NCBI GenBank assembly: GCA_902528805.1
Contig: CABZUC010000001.1
Coordinates: forward strand, 16,908-80,907
Direction of reading: 5' to 3'
From: an uncultured Alphaproteobacteria bacterium
GTDB lineage: Bacteria; Pseudomonadota; Alphaproteobacteria; HIMB59
Length of the DNA stretch: 64,000 nt
This document shows positions 38,534 through 48,444 of the stretch, piece after piece (the first letter of the stretch is position 1; the number at the start of each line of letters is the position of its first letter). The position numbers and the translations under genes were made by a program. The notes below the pieces were generated by a model that was not told where the DNA came from, ran no database searches, and saw only the letters and a list, made by a program, of their open reading frames with translations.

Positions 38534-39160
38534 TTAAGATGTCTTTTTAGCATACCTAGACATAAAATTTTCAGCTAAGCCTTTGAGTAAACTTAATTGT
38601 TTGAGTCTTGAAACACCATCTACTATTCCATCAACAGATTTACTAATAAAATTTTTAGTTGCTATATCTTTTTCTGATTTGTCATTAAGCCAATAAATTA
38701 ATGTGGCTAAATAAATCGTCGATAGTAAGCCACGTTTTGAATAGTAGCTAAAGTCATTTGATTTATCGCCTGAGAGGTTCCAGATAAAGTCACTATTATC
38801 ATGGAGCATTTTAATTGACATAAAAATATTACCAGGTCTAAGTAAAAATTTAAGCATTTCGGGTAATGCTTTTTTTAAATGATTATTATTTTCAAATTTT
38901 AACTCCATAATAGTTTTAATTTTGTCTCTGGTTTTTAAACGAGAGTTATTAAAAGAGTTATAATTTTTCTCAACTTTGGAGTTATTTTGAGCTATTATGA
39001 ACTTCAAAACATCATACTCAAAGGAAGGGAACAGTTTAGCAAGGACAGATGTTGAAATTCTCTGCTTTTTAGCGCACTGCAATAAAGTGTCTCTTGACCA
39101 ACCAAATTTTGGCACATCCTGAACAAATAAATTAGCTAATTTTTCTTGCTTTGACTTCAT
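38534..39160 (-). CDS. COQ9 family (rpsU-divergent) protein
   Basis: VPKFGW and D.IW..SGD.S.DF.YY.KR..L; divergent from rpsU. Confidence 0.9.
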   Translation of the reverse strand: MKSKQEKLANLFVQDVPKFGWSRDTLLQCAKKQRISTSVLAKLFPSFEYDVLKFIIAQNNSKVEKNYNSFNNSRLKTRDKIKTIMELKFENNNHLKKALPEMLKFLLRPGNIFMSIKMLHDNSDFIWNLSGDKSNDFSYYSKRGLLSTIYLATLIYWLNDKSEKDIATKNFISKSVDGIVDGVSRLKQLSLLKGLAENFMSRYAKKTS

Positions 39161-39197
39161 TATTATATATAAATTACGCTCTTATGAGGTTACTAGA

Positions 39198-39398
39198 TTG
39201 GCAATAGAAGTTCAAGTTAGAGATAACAATGTTGAGGCAGCTATACGTGTGCTCAAGAAAAAGCTTCTAAGAGAAGGTATTTTCAAAGAGCTAAAGCTTA
39301 GAAAAAATTACGAAAAGCCATCCGAGAGAAAACTTCGCGAAAAAGCCGAATCAATTAAGAGATTTAAAAAGCTGATGCGTAAAAAGAAGTTCGACTAA
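39198..39398 (+). CDS. rpsU: 30S ribosomal protein S21
   Basis: [21 protein letters not shown]....YEKPSE. Confidence 0.98.
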   Translation: MAIEVQVRDNNVEAAIRVLKKKLLREGIFKELKLRKNYEKPSERKLREKAESIKRFKKLMRKKKFD

Positions 39399-40786
39399 TT
39401 CTCTAAACCTTTAATTATATCTTCACAAACTTTTTTAGCGTCACCGAATAACATTAAAGTGTTGTCTCTAAAGAATAACTCGTTTTGAACTCCAGCATAA
39501 CCACTTGCCATTCCCCTTTTTACAAAGAATACTTGCCCTGCATTTTCTACATCTAAGATAGGCATACCGTAGATAGCACTTGTCTTATCTGTTTTAGCTG
39601 CGGGGTTTGTAACATCGTTAGCACCAATCACAAATGCAACATCAGTCTCGGAAAAATCTCTATTAATTTCATCGAGTTCTAAAACTTCATCATAGGGGAC
39701 ATTTGCTTCAGCAAGTAACACGTTCATATGGCCAGGCATTCTTCCTGCTACTGGATGTATTGCATATCTGACCTCTGCCCCTGCTCCTTTAAGTAAGTCG
39801 CCCATTTCCCTTAATGCATGCTGTGCTTGAGCAACTGCCATTCCGTATCCAGGGACTATAATTATTGTTTTGCTATTTTTCATCATGAAGGCAGCATCAG
39901 CAGCATTACCTTGTTTCGCCTGACGATCATCTTTGACCCCGTCTGCACTAGCTGCTTGCTCCCCACCAAAACCTCCTAGTAAAACATTTAGGAAAGATCT
40001 ATTCATTCCTTTACACATGATATAACTCAAGATTGCACCAGAGGAGCCAACAAGAGCACCAGTGATAATTAATAAATTATTTGAAAGTGTGAAACCAATA
40101 CCTGCTGCAGCCCAACCTGAGTATGAGTTTAACATTGAAACTATAACAGGCATATCTGCGCCACCGATAGGTACAATCAAAAGAACTCCTATGACGAAAG
40201 AGGCAGCTACTATTAGCCAAAATAACTCTTGATTTTGATCAATACAAAATTTTACAATTAACGCAATAATTCCCAAACCTAAGAGTAAATTTAAAAAATG
40301 TTGACCTTTAAATACTAAAGGGTTACCTGATACAAAACCTTGGAGCTTTCCAAAAGCAATTATAGATCCTGTAAATGTTACAGCTCCAATAGCTGTTCCA
40401 ATAGACATTTCTATGAGACTTCCCATAGGAATCGCACCAACGTTTCCAATATTAAAGGCGCTAGGATTGTAGTATGCTGATGCAGCAACAAAAACAGCAG
40501 CTAAACCGACTAAACTATGAAATGCAGCCACTAGTTGTGGTAATGCAGTCATTTGAATTCTTACTGCAATAGAAGTTCCAATTAAACCTCCAATTAAAAA
40601 TGCAATTCCAATCTCTTTATAGCTTAATACTCCTGGGTTAGCTAAGGTTGTGACAATTGCTATTGTCATTCCTAAAATACCTAAAAAATTTCCTCTTCTA
40701 GCCGTTGAGGGGTGAGACAGACCTCTAAGCGATAGTATGAACAATACAGAGGAAATCAAATATGCAGCAGTTGTTAAATTTGACAT
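39395..40786 (-). CDS. pntB: NAD(P) transhydrogenase beta subunit
   Basis: [23 protein letters not shown] and [17 protein letters not shown]. Confidence 0.98.
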   Translation of the reverse strand: MSNLTTAAYLISSVLFILSLRGLSHPSTARRGNFLGILGMTIAIVTTLANPGVLSYKEIGIAFLIGGLIGTSIAVRIQMTALPQLVAAFHSLVGLAAVFVAASAYYNPSAFNIGNVGAIPMGSLIEMSIGTAIGAVTFTGSIIAFGKLQGFVSGNPLVFKGQHFLNLLLGLGIIALIVKFCIDQNQELFWLIVAASFVIGVLLIVPIGGADMPVIVSMLNSYSGWAAAGIGFTLSNNLLIITGALVGSSGAILSYIMCKGMNRSFLNVLLGGFGGEQAASADGVKDDRQAKQGNAADAAFMMKNSKTIIIVPGYGMAVAQAQHALREMGDLLKGAGAEVRYAIHPVAGRMPGHMNVLLAEANVPYDEVLELDEINRDFSETDVAFVIGANDVTNPAAKTDKTSAIYGMPILDVENAGQVFFVKRGMASGYAGVQNELFFRDNTLMLFGDAKKVCEDIIKGLEN

Positions 40787-40798
40787 CTATTTCCCCTA

Positions 40799-41185
40799 TT
40801 ATTTCTTCTTAAACATTGAGAGCATACGATTTGTTACAACGAACCCCCCAAAAATATTAACTGCAGCAAGACCCACTGCAACTAATCCAAAATATTTTGA
40901 TATCGTGCTATCAATAGGACCTGCAGCGAGTAAAGCACCAACTATAATTACCGATGAAATAGCGTTAGTAACACCCATTAAAGGACTATGAAGAGCTGGG
41001 GTAACAGACCAGACAACGTAATATCCAACGAAACAAGCTAATACCAAAACAGTAATACCAAAAATGATGAAGTCGCTATGACCACCTGATGTATCTACGA
41101 CACTCGATGCTAACTGACTTGCTTCATTTGCAATCTGTTGTGCTTTATAAGATAAATTTTCTAATTGATTTGAAATTTCTGACAT
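40799..41185 (-). CDS. pntAb: NAD(P) transhydrogenase alpha-2 subunit
   Basis: [15 protein letters not shown] and NIFGGF.VT.RML.MF. Confidence 0.96.
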   Translation of the reverse strand: MSEISNQLENLSYKAQQIANEASQLASSVVDTSGGHSDFIIFGITVLVLACFVGYYVVWSVTPALHSPLMGVTNAISSVIIVGALLAAGPIDSTISKYFGLVAVGLAAVNIFGGFVVTNRMLSMFKKK

Positions 41186-41195
41186 ATTATCTCCT

Positions 41196-42311
41196 TTATT
41201 TAATTAGTATCTTTCCAGCTGAGCAAATCATCGTAGCTTTGATAATTTCATCGCTTTTGTTAATCATAGATTTTTTCTTATCTTCAAAATTCATTAATTT
41301 TAAGAAGTTGGAAATATTTTTCGAAAAAAGGCTTGAGGCATTGTTTGCAACTCTTCCAGGGACATTGGCATGGCCAACAATTTTAAGACCGTTCTTTGAT
41401 ACTACTTTTCCGACCTGACTAAATTCACAGTTACCACCGGATTCAACAGCTAAATCAACGATAACTGAACCGTTCTGCATATTTTCCAACATTTCTTTTT
41501 TTAAAATTAAAGGTGCTTTTCTTCCAGGTATTTGAGCGGTGCAAATAACTATATCCATAGTTTTTAAAGTTTCAGCTAGTAATGCTTCTTGTTTTTTTTG
41601 GTACTCTGCACTCATTTCTTTTGCATAACCACCTTTTGTTTCAGCATTCTTGGACTCTTCATCTTCAACCATCACAAACTTACCACCAAGACTCTCAACT
41701 TGTTCTTTGGACGCAATTCTAACATCAGTTGCATAAACAATTGCTCCTAAACGTTTTGCAGTAGCTATTGCTTGCAACCCTGCAACTCCGGCACCTATAA
41801 CTAAGACATTTGCAGGGGTAACTTTTCCAGCAGCTGTCATGAATAAAGGGAGGACTCTGTTAAACTCTTGTGCAGCATCAATAACTGCATGATATCCAGC
41901 TAGGTTTGCCTGGGAAGATAATATATCCATATCTTGAGCACGCGTAATTCTTGGAACTAACTCCAAGGCAAATGCTGATACTTTTCTAGAATTTAAAATT
42001 TTAATACTATCTTGATTATTTTGTGTACTAATTTGAGATACAACCATTGACTTATTATTGATAAGTCTAGACTCGTCTGGTGTGGGGCAATTAATTTTAA
42101 TAATTATATCTGATGTTTTTAGAATATCTTTTGAGTTTGAAATAGTAGCGCCAGCTTCTTTATATGATTTATCAGTAAAACCAGATAAACTACCTGCTCC
42201 CCTTTCAATAAGAACTTGATGTCCAGACTTTAAATAAGATTTTACGTCATCTGGACTTACTGCTACTCTATTTTCAAACTTCTTTTTTTCTTTAATTGTT
42301 CCAATGATCAT
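41196..42311 (-). CDS. pntAa: NAD(P) transhydrogenase alpha-1 subunit
   Basis: [28 protein letters not shown] and DLAVESGGN. Confidence 0.97.
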   Translation of the reverse strand: MIIGTIKEKKKFENRVAVSPDDVKSYLKSGHQVLIERGAGSLSGFTDKSYKEAGATISNSKDILKTSDIIIKINCPTPDESRLINNKSMVVSQISTQNNQDSIKILNSRKVSAFALELVPRITRAQDMDILSSQANLAGYHAVIDAAQEFNRVLPLFMTAAGKVTPANVLVIGAGVAGLQAIATAKRLGAIVYATDVRIASKEQVESLGGKFVMVEDEESKNAETKGGYAKEMSAEYQKKQEALLAETLKTMDIVICTAQIPGRKAPLILKKEMLENMQNGSVIVDLAVESGGNCEFSQVGKVVSKNGLKIVGHANVPGRVANNASSLFSKNISNFLKLMNFEDKKKSMINKSDEIIKATMICSAGKILIK

Positions 42312-42551
42312 TTATAGATTACCTAACTAAGGGATATCTGTTTATCAATTATATATTTAAAAGTCACCAATTTTAAGATTGTTACAATTAAGATATTGTA
42401 TTTATTATAGAAACCTTGTTTTTCAATGCTTTTCATCCTAAATTAAAAAATTGTTCTCCATGAGTAATCCTAGACCTATACCAACACATAGAGCTAAAAT
42501 AATTTTTAAATTTCTATTCATTAAGAAGACTTAACCCGAGTATCATTAGAA

Positions 42552-43580
42552 TTATTTATCTTTTTTCTTAAAAAATCTTTGTTTAAGGTTTTCCCATAAT
42601 CGGGCCATACCTAAGGGTTCGTAAATCATAAATACAATCATCAGAACACCAAAAACAACTTGTTCTAAGGCTGAAATAATTGTTGCATCTATAGCTCCAT
42701 GAAAAACATTATTGCCTAAATAGTTTAGTAAAACTGGGAATAATAAAATAAAACCAGCACCGATAAATGCTCCGTTAATTGTACCTAAACCACCTAGAAT
42801 ACACATAAATAATATCTTAAATGATAATTTAATATCAAATGCTACAGGCTCTAGTGATTTTAAATATGTAAATGCAAAAAGTGCTCCTGCTACACCACAA
42901 AAAAAGGAACTTATTGCAAATGCTTGAATTTTAGTTTTTAAAAGAGATACACCCATTGACTCAGCTGCTACATCCATATCTCTGACTGCCATCCAATTTC
43001 TTCCAGTGCTGCCCCTAGCCATATTTATAGCAAGTATGGTCATGACAGTGACAACAACCAAGATAACAAGATACATATCTACTGGTGAGGTATAAGGTCT
43101 TCCAAAAATCACAATATCTTGGGCAGTAATAATACCAGATGAGTCATAGTTTTTAAACCAGCCAAACTTATCTATCACCCAAATAATAAAAAATTGTGAT
43201 GCTAGTGTTGCAACCATTAAGTAAATGCCCCTAATTCTTAAACTTGGCAGTCCAAAAACAATGCCAATAGCAGCTGCAATTAAGCCAGAAATAATTAAGG
43301 CTCCAAAAAATGGCAGACCATCAACTCTAAGTATCAAATTAAAACAGGCGAAAGCACCAGCTGCCATAAAACCAGCAGCACCTAAAGCTAATTGACCAGT
43401 ATATCCCATGATTACTTGCTGTCCAATTGTAGCAAGAGCGAGACACAGCCAAGGGATTAAAATAGATGTAAACCAATAATCAGAGTTAACAGTCATAGGG
43501 ATAATAAGAAAACCTAAAACCATTAATACTGAAAAATTTATATAATCATTTCTTGAATATGTTGAAATTGTTGTAGCCAT
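42552..43580 (-). CDS. Branched-chain amino acid-type ABC permease (LivM-like)
   Basis: GYTGQ..LG, LR..G.YL..ATLA and GR...AVRD...AA. Confidence 0.92.
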   Translation of the reverse strand: MATTISTYSRNDYINFSVLMVLGFLIIPMTVNSDYWFTSILIPWLCLALATIGQQVIMGYTGQLALGAAGFMAAGAFACFNLILRVDGLPFFGALIISGLIAAAIGIVFGLPSLRIRGIYLMVATLASQFFIIWVIDKFGWFKNYDSSGIITAQDIVIFGRPYTSPVDMYLVILVVVTVMTILAINMARGSTGRNWMAVRDMDVAAESMGVSLLKTKIQAFAISSFFCGVAGALFAFTYLKSLEPVAFDIKLSFKILFMCILGGLGTINGAFIGAGFILLFPVLLNYLGNNVFHGAIDATIISALEQVVFGVLMIVFMIYEPLGMARLWENLKQRFFKKKDK

Positions 43581-44485
43581 TAAACTCTCCTAATAATTTT
43601 TTCTCCAAATAATCCCTCTGGTCTTTTTAGAAGAAAGAATACCGCGAGCACATAAGGTGCCCATCCTTCTATAGCTCCACCAAAGAAAGGTCCAATATAA
43701 ACTTCAAGTACTTTTTCAGTAGAACCAATAATCAAACCTCCAACTATTGCTCCAGGTATTGATGAAAAACCCCCAATAATCAACACTGGTAATGCCTTTA
43801 AGGCGAGATCGACTAATGCAAATTGAACCCCTGCTCTGGCGCCCCATAAACAACCTGCTACAAGTGCAACAACCCCAGCTGCAGACCACACTAATAACAT
43901 TATATGTTTTAAAGGGATACCAATTGAACTTGCTGCACCTGGATCGTCAGCAACCGCTCTAAGGCCTAAACCAATCTTTGTTTGAGTAAACAATACTGCA
44001 AGAGATATCACCATGAAAGCTGCCACAGCACCCGCGGTTAAATCAAGAGCACTTATAAATATCCCTATTGAGTCAGCTATAAACATTATAGGAAAATCAG
44101 GAATACCCAGATCTAATCTTCTAACTTCTACACCCCAAGCAGCTTGAGCTAATCCCTCTAAAACATATCCCAAACCAATTGTAGCCATTAAGAGCGTGTC
44201 TTCACTTTGATTCATTAAAGGCCTTAAAACGAGACGTTCTGTGCTGAGACCAACAACAACCATAAGTCCAATAGTCACTAAAAAAGCTAGAAAAAATGGA
44301 AGACCTAACTCCATAAATCCGACAAATGACAAAACAGCAAAGAAAACCATTGCACCTTGCGCGAAATTAAACGTGGCAGATGCTTTGTAAATAAGAACAA
44401 AACCAAGTGCCACTAAAGAGTACATTGTCCCAGCCAATAGACCACCTACTAAAACTTCAAAGAAAAATAATATTTCACTCCCCAT
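43580..44485 (-). CDS. Branched-chain amino acid-type ABC permease (LivH-like)
   Basis: Y.LVALGFVLIYKA....NFAQG and RP.GLFG. Confidence 0.93.
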   Translation of the reverse strand: MGSEILFFFEVLVGGLLAGTMYSLVALGFVLIYKASATFNFAQGAMVFFAVLSFVGFMELGLPFFLAFLVTIGLMVVVGLSTERLVLRPLMNQSEDTLLMATIGLGYVLEGLAQAAWGVEVRRLDLGIPDFPIMFIADSIGIFISALDLTAGAVAAFMVISLAVLFTQTKIGLGLRAVADDPGAASSIGIPLKHIMLLVWSAAGVVALVAGCLWGARAGVQFALVDLALKALPVLIIGGFSSIPGAIVGGLIIGSTEKVLEVYIGPFFGGAIEGWAPYVLAVFFLLKRPEGLFGEKIIRRV

Positions 44486-45281
44486 GAGAAACTCCTAAGT
44501 ATGCATCAATTACTTTTTGATTTGTTCTAACTTCATCTGGAGGTCCATCTCCAATTATTTTTCCATAATCTAAAACAACAACCCTATCTGATATATCCAT
44601 TACAACTCCCATGTCATGTTCTATTAAAACCATCGTTGTTCCATATTCTTCATTTACCTCTAATATGAACCTGCACATTTCTCTTTTTTCTTCAACATTC
44701 ATTCCTGCCATTGGTTCGTCCAAAAGTAGAAGAGAAGCCTCAGTAGCTAGGGCTCTTCCTAGCTCCACTCTTTTTTGCAAACCATACGGTAATTTACCAA
44801 CAGGTGTATCTTTAATCTTTTCAATTTCTAAAAATTCCACAATTTCCTCACATTTTTTTAAGTTAATTTTTTCTTCACGTCTAGCTTTTGGGAGTTGGAA
44901 AGCTACATCAAAAAAACTCGCTTTAGAATGGAGTTTTCTTCCAACTAAAATATTATCAATTGCTGACATTCTTTTAAATAATGCTAAATTTTGAAATGTC
45001 CTAGAAATGCCCATTTGTGCAATTAAATTGGGTGTTATTTTACTCAGTTTATTTCCTTTAAAAGCTATTGATCCCTGCTGAGGTTTGTATATTCCATTAA
45101 TACAATTTAACATTGAGCTCTTACCTGCACCATTTGGACCTATAATAGCTCGAACTTCATGTTCTAAAACATTAAAAGATGTGTCTGTAATAGCATTAAC
45201 TCCTCCGAAGCTTAATGAGATATTATTAACTTCTAGAATTGGATTGCCTATTTTAAAATTTCTATCTTGAGAGTCAGTCAT
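44475..45281 (-). CDS. ABC ATPase (LivG-like)
   Basis: GPNGAGKS, RTFQN, LLDEP.AG and EHDM. Confidence 0.95.
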   Translation of the reverse strand: MTDSQDRNFKIGNPILEVNNISLSFGGVNAITDTSFNVLEHEVRAIIGPNGAGKSSMLNCINGIYKPQQGSIAFKGNKLSKITPNLIAQMGISRTFQNLALFKRMSAIDNILVGRKLHSKASFFDVAFQLPKARREEKINLKKCEEIVEFLEIEKIKDTPVGKLPYGLQKRVELGRALATEASLLLLDEPMAGMNVEEKREMCRFILEVNEEYGTTMVLIEHDMGVVMDISDRVVVLDYGKIIGDGPPDEVRTNQKVIDAYLGVSHGE

Positions 45282-45284
45282 TTT

Positions 45285-46100
45285 TTAACCTTTAATTTTT
45301 TTCGTTTCCTTTAAAACATCTCTAAAATTTTTTCTACCTTCAGATGAAATTCCAAGGTAGAATTCTTTTACTTTATCATCGTTCAAAAGAGATTTTGCAG
45401 ATCCGTCTAACATTACCTGGCCTGTTTCAATGATGTAACCATAATCCGAGTTTCTTAGAGCAATATTTGTATTTTGTTCAGCTAATAAAATACTTACACC
45501 CTCTTTATCATTTAATTCTTTAACAATGACAAAAATCTCTTCAACAAGTTGAGGTGCCAAACCCATAGACGGTTCATCAAGTAAGAGCATTTTTGGTTTC
45601 GCCATCATTGCCCTAGCTACAGCAATCATTTGTTGCTCTCCTCCTGAAGTAAATCCTGCCTGACTCTTTCTTCTTTCTTTGAGTCTTGGAAAGTAATTAT
45701 ACATCCTCTCAAGTTCAGAATTTATTTCAGACTTAGATAACTTTCTTGTATACGCACCACTTATCACATTCTCTTCAACCGTCAAATGTCCAAAACATCT
45801 TCTTCCCTCTAAAACTTGAACCAAACCCAAGTTTACCATGTCACTTGGATTTAATTTCTCAACTCTTTGTCCATTGTATGTAATTGAACCTTTTGTTACT
45901 TTTCCTCTTTCAGAGGCAAGCATTGTTGAAACTGATTTTAAAGTAGTACTTTTACCAGCACCATTTCCACCCAATAGTGCTACAATACTACCATCAGGCA
46001 CATTTAAAGAAACATCACTTATTGCAAGGATAACGTCGTCATAAACGACTTCTATATTTTTTATTTCGAGTATATTTTCAGAGCTATTTTGATTACTCAT
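45285..46100 (-). CDS. ABC ATPase (LivF-like)
   Basis: GGNGAGKST, SGGEQQM, LDEPSMGLAP and EQN. Confidence 0.95.
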   Translation of the reverse strand: MSNQNSSENILEIKNIEVVYDDVILAISDVSLNVPDGSIVALLGGNGAGKSTTLKSVSTMLASERGKVTKGSITYNGQRVEKLNPSDMVNLGLVQVLEGRRCFGHLTVEENVISGAYTRKLSKSEINSELERMYNYFPRLKERRKSQAGFTSGGEQQMIAVARAMMAKPKMLLLDEPSMGLAPQLVEEIFVIVKELNDKEGVSILLAEQNTNIALRNSDYGYIIETGQVMLDGSAKSLLNDDKVKEFYLGISSEGRKNFRDVLKETKKIKG

Positions 46101-46124
46101 AATTTAATTCTTTCATAAAAAAGT

Positions 46125-46147
46125 GAGAGGGGTGAAAAACCCCTCTC
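46125..46147 (-). terminator. Intrinsic terminator/stabiliser hairpin after the SBP gene
   Basis: Perfect 9-bp stem GAGAGGGGT/ACCCCTCTC followed by ACTTTTTT on the minus strand. Confidence 0.85.
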
Positions 46148-46161
46148 TAAGATCATTTATT

Positions 46162-47505
46162 TTATGAGCATACTTTTGGGGTAATGTTGTTCTCTTCAGC
46201 AAATTTTGCTGCAGATGTTTCAACTAAACTTCGAATATACCCTGGATCCAATGGAGCTTCCCAACCTGTAATTTGGTTGAACTTTTCTCCATCCCATTGC
46301 ATCACTGCAAATTTACCTGCTCCTTCATGGTTCTCACAAGAAATTGAAAAAGGTGCAACCATATTTTCAATACCTATTTCTGCTAACCTTTCAGTGGTCA
46401 TGTTTAAAGCTTCATAACCATCCCTGAATTCTGCACCAGTAACAGCTTTACCAACTTTACCATGCATTTCCTGAGCATTTTTTAGAGCTTCAATCCACAT
46501 AACAGCTGCGCCGAGTCCACGGTTCCAGTAAACTGATCCAACTCTACTTTCGTCAGCAAGGTTTCCTTTACCAGCGCCGTATACCTGTTCTTTAATAGCT
46601 GCAACTAAAGGAAAGTCATCTCCTGGTAGTGCGTTCGCAACAGCATAGGTTCCAACAGCTGAGTCGCCTGCAGGATACATATCCTCTTCAGCCGCTCCAA
46701 ATGTTACGTACATCATTCTGTCTCTTGGAAATCCGACTCTAGCTGCGTTTGTCATTGCAGTTGAATTCATACCTGAACCTGCTCCCCAGAAAGTAACCCA
46801 ATCAGGTTTTTCTTTTCTGATTTGAAGCCACTGAGACTGCTGTTCTAATCCTGGAGGCGGAATTGAAATTTCAACTAATTCCATTCCCCATTCTTCAGTA
46901 ATAGCTCTCATAGCTGGTAAGGGTTCTCTGCCATATGCAGAGTCAATATGAAGGTGAACAATTTTCTTTCCCTCCATATTGGGGATACCACCTTCAATTT
47001 CAGCCATAAACTTTAACTTAACAGCAATTTGTGACCAGTAGTGGCTTGCTGCATTAAATACCCAAGGCCATACTGTTCCGTCAGCACCATCAGTTCTTCC
47101 ATAACCGTACTGCGCTAAAACAACGTTATCTTCAGCCATTCTGTTAATCACAGCATAAGCACCAGGTGTTCCCAAAGTGTCGAATACAACGATCCTTTGG
47201 CCGTCTTTCTCTAAAAGTCTCTGATAACACTCAACAGTTTTAACAGCATTATACTCAGTTTCACATTCCTGCCATGTGAGCATAACTCCATTAACTCCAC
47301 CGTTCATATTGACATAATTCATGTAGTCAATTTGTGCTCCGTAGTAACCAGTACCCATAGCTGAGTAAGGACCAACCCTACTACTAGCAATTGGGAAATA
47401 CTGCTCATGAGCTCCAGCGGAAACGTTTTGTGGTATAGAGAACATTGATAAAGATCCTATTATCGTGGCGATAATAAAAAGCTTTCTTTTCAAATTATTG
47501 AACAT
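46162..47505 (-). CDS. ABC transporter substrate-binding protein (periplasmic binding protein type 1, Liv-like)
   Basis: Signal peptide, R.GPY, GGVNG...ECET.Y and YGRE; strong AGGAGG RBS. Confidence 0.92.
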   Translation of the reverse strand: MFNNLKRKLFIIATIIGSLSMFSIPQNVSAGAHEQYFPIASSRVGPYSAMGTGYYGAQIDYMNYVNMNGGVNGVMLTWQECETEYNAVKTVECYQRLLEKDGQRIVVFDTLGTPGAYAVINRMAEDNVVLAQYGYGRTDGADGTVWPWVFNAASHYWSQIAVKLKFMAEIEGGIPNMEGKKIVHLHIDSAYGREPLPAMRAITEEWGMELVEISIPPPGLEQQSQWLQIRKEKPDWVTFWGAGSGMNSTAMTNAARVGFPRDRMMYVTFGAAEEDMYPAGDSAVGTYAVANALPGDDFPLVAAIKEQVYGAGKGNLADESRVGSVYWNRGLGAAVMWIEALKNAQEMHGKVGKAVTGAEFRDGYEALNMTTERLAEIGIENMVAPFSISCENHEGAGKFAVMQWDGEKFNQITGWEAPLDPGYIRSLVETSAAKFAEENNITPKVCS

Positions 47506-47781
47506 AAATGTCCCTCCTATAAATAATTTGTTTTTATTCCAGATTACACATTTGAAATAAAAATAATTTCTGTAAACATTATAAATAAAAATTGTTCATT
47601 CAGATCAAAAGTAAAAGTTTTTTGAAATTGATTACATTTAATATTTTTTTAAATTCATTAAAAAAAATAAAAAAATAAATATTTCAAAATGTTGATAACT
47701 TTATAATTTTACAAACTAAATAAGATCAATATCATTTTTGTATTAAAATATATACTTTTTTTTATAGAAATTATAAGTATT

Positions 47782-47796
47782 TGTTATGTTATATCA
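47782..47796. promoter_or_regulatory. Degenerate Zur-box-like operator
   Basis: TGTTAT-GTT-ATATCA, one mismatch from the TGTTAT-N3-ATAACA palindrome. Confidence 0.45.
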
Positions 47797-47862
47797 AAAC
47801 AGATTTAAAGTTCAGACTTTTGAATATAGTGGTTAAAGTTTTTCAAAATATGAAAAAATGCC

Positions 47863-47871
47863 TGTGGATAA
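47863..47871 (-). promoter_or_regulatory. Consensus DnaA box
   Basis: TTATCCACA on the minus strand; a one-mismatch copy TTATCAACA lies at 47690-47698. Confidence 0.4.
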
Positions 47872-47948
47872 CTTGATATAAAAAAAGTATTTTTTTATTT
47901 TTTTTAAGATAATTGTTGAAATACAATTATTTTTTTTGTATTAAAGTT

Positions 47949-47965
47949 ATGTTATATTATAACAT
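47949..47965. promoter_or_regulatory. Zur box
   Basis: Perfect palindrome ATGTTATA-T-TATAACAT, matching the proteobacterial Zur consensus and abutting the zur stop codon. Confidence 0.7.
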
Positions 47966-48339
47966 TAACATTTCTTACATTTTGAAATTATTTCAACACT
48001 AAAATTGTTTAAATCAAAATTTTTTAAATCTAAAATATTATAAGCTAAACTCATTTTATTTTTATTTATATTAATTTCTTCATATTCATTACAATTTTTG
48101 CACAAAACGATTGTTGACACATCATTTTTATTACGGGGTTCACTACTAACAATATATTTTTTAGAAACGTTTAGTCTTAGAACAAGATTCTGGTCCAATA
48201 AATTTCTGAGAGAACGATAAACAGTAGCTGGCTGTACTCTTTTAATTCTCAAAAACTTGTCTAAAACATCGTAAGCAGAAAGAGGTCTTTTTCTGTTATT
48301 TTTTAATATTTTTAGAACTATACGGTCGTTGGTCAGCAT
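47965..48339 (-). CDS. zur: Fur-family regulator, Zur-like
   Basis: PLSAYD.L....QP.TVYR.L..L...LV.RL, CxxC and C-terminal CxxC. Confidence 0.75.
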   Translation of the reverse strand: MLTNDRIVLKILKNNRKRPLSAYDVLDKFLRIKRVQPATVYRSLRNLLDQNLVLRLNVSKKYIVSSEPRNKNDVSTIVLCKNCNEYEEININKNKMSLAYNILDLKNFDLNNFSVEIISKCKKC

Positions 48340-48444
48340 TTAAGGTAAACTAAGTTTTTTTAATTAAAAATGAAATATTTAATAAATCAGCCTAGATTTG
48401 TTTAAATATAACTACTTACTGGAAGCGTTTACAGATTAAAAAAA

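Noticed and set aside
42312-42360. Cis-regulatory RNA upstream of pntAa
   Set aside because: Only a weak AU-rich hairpin is visible, which is not enough to call without a covariance model.
47766-47794. Chromosomal dif site (TTATGTTATAT resembles a XerD arm)
   Set aside because: The spacer would be 7 bp and the XerC arm is poor. The same motif recurs inside the perfect Zur palindrome, so an operator is more likely.
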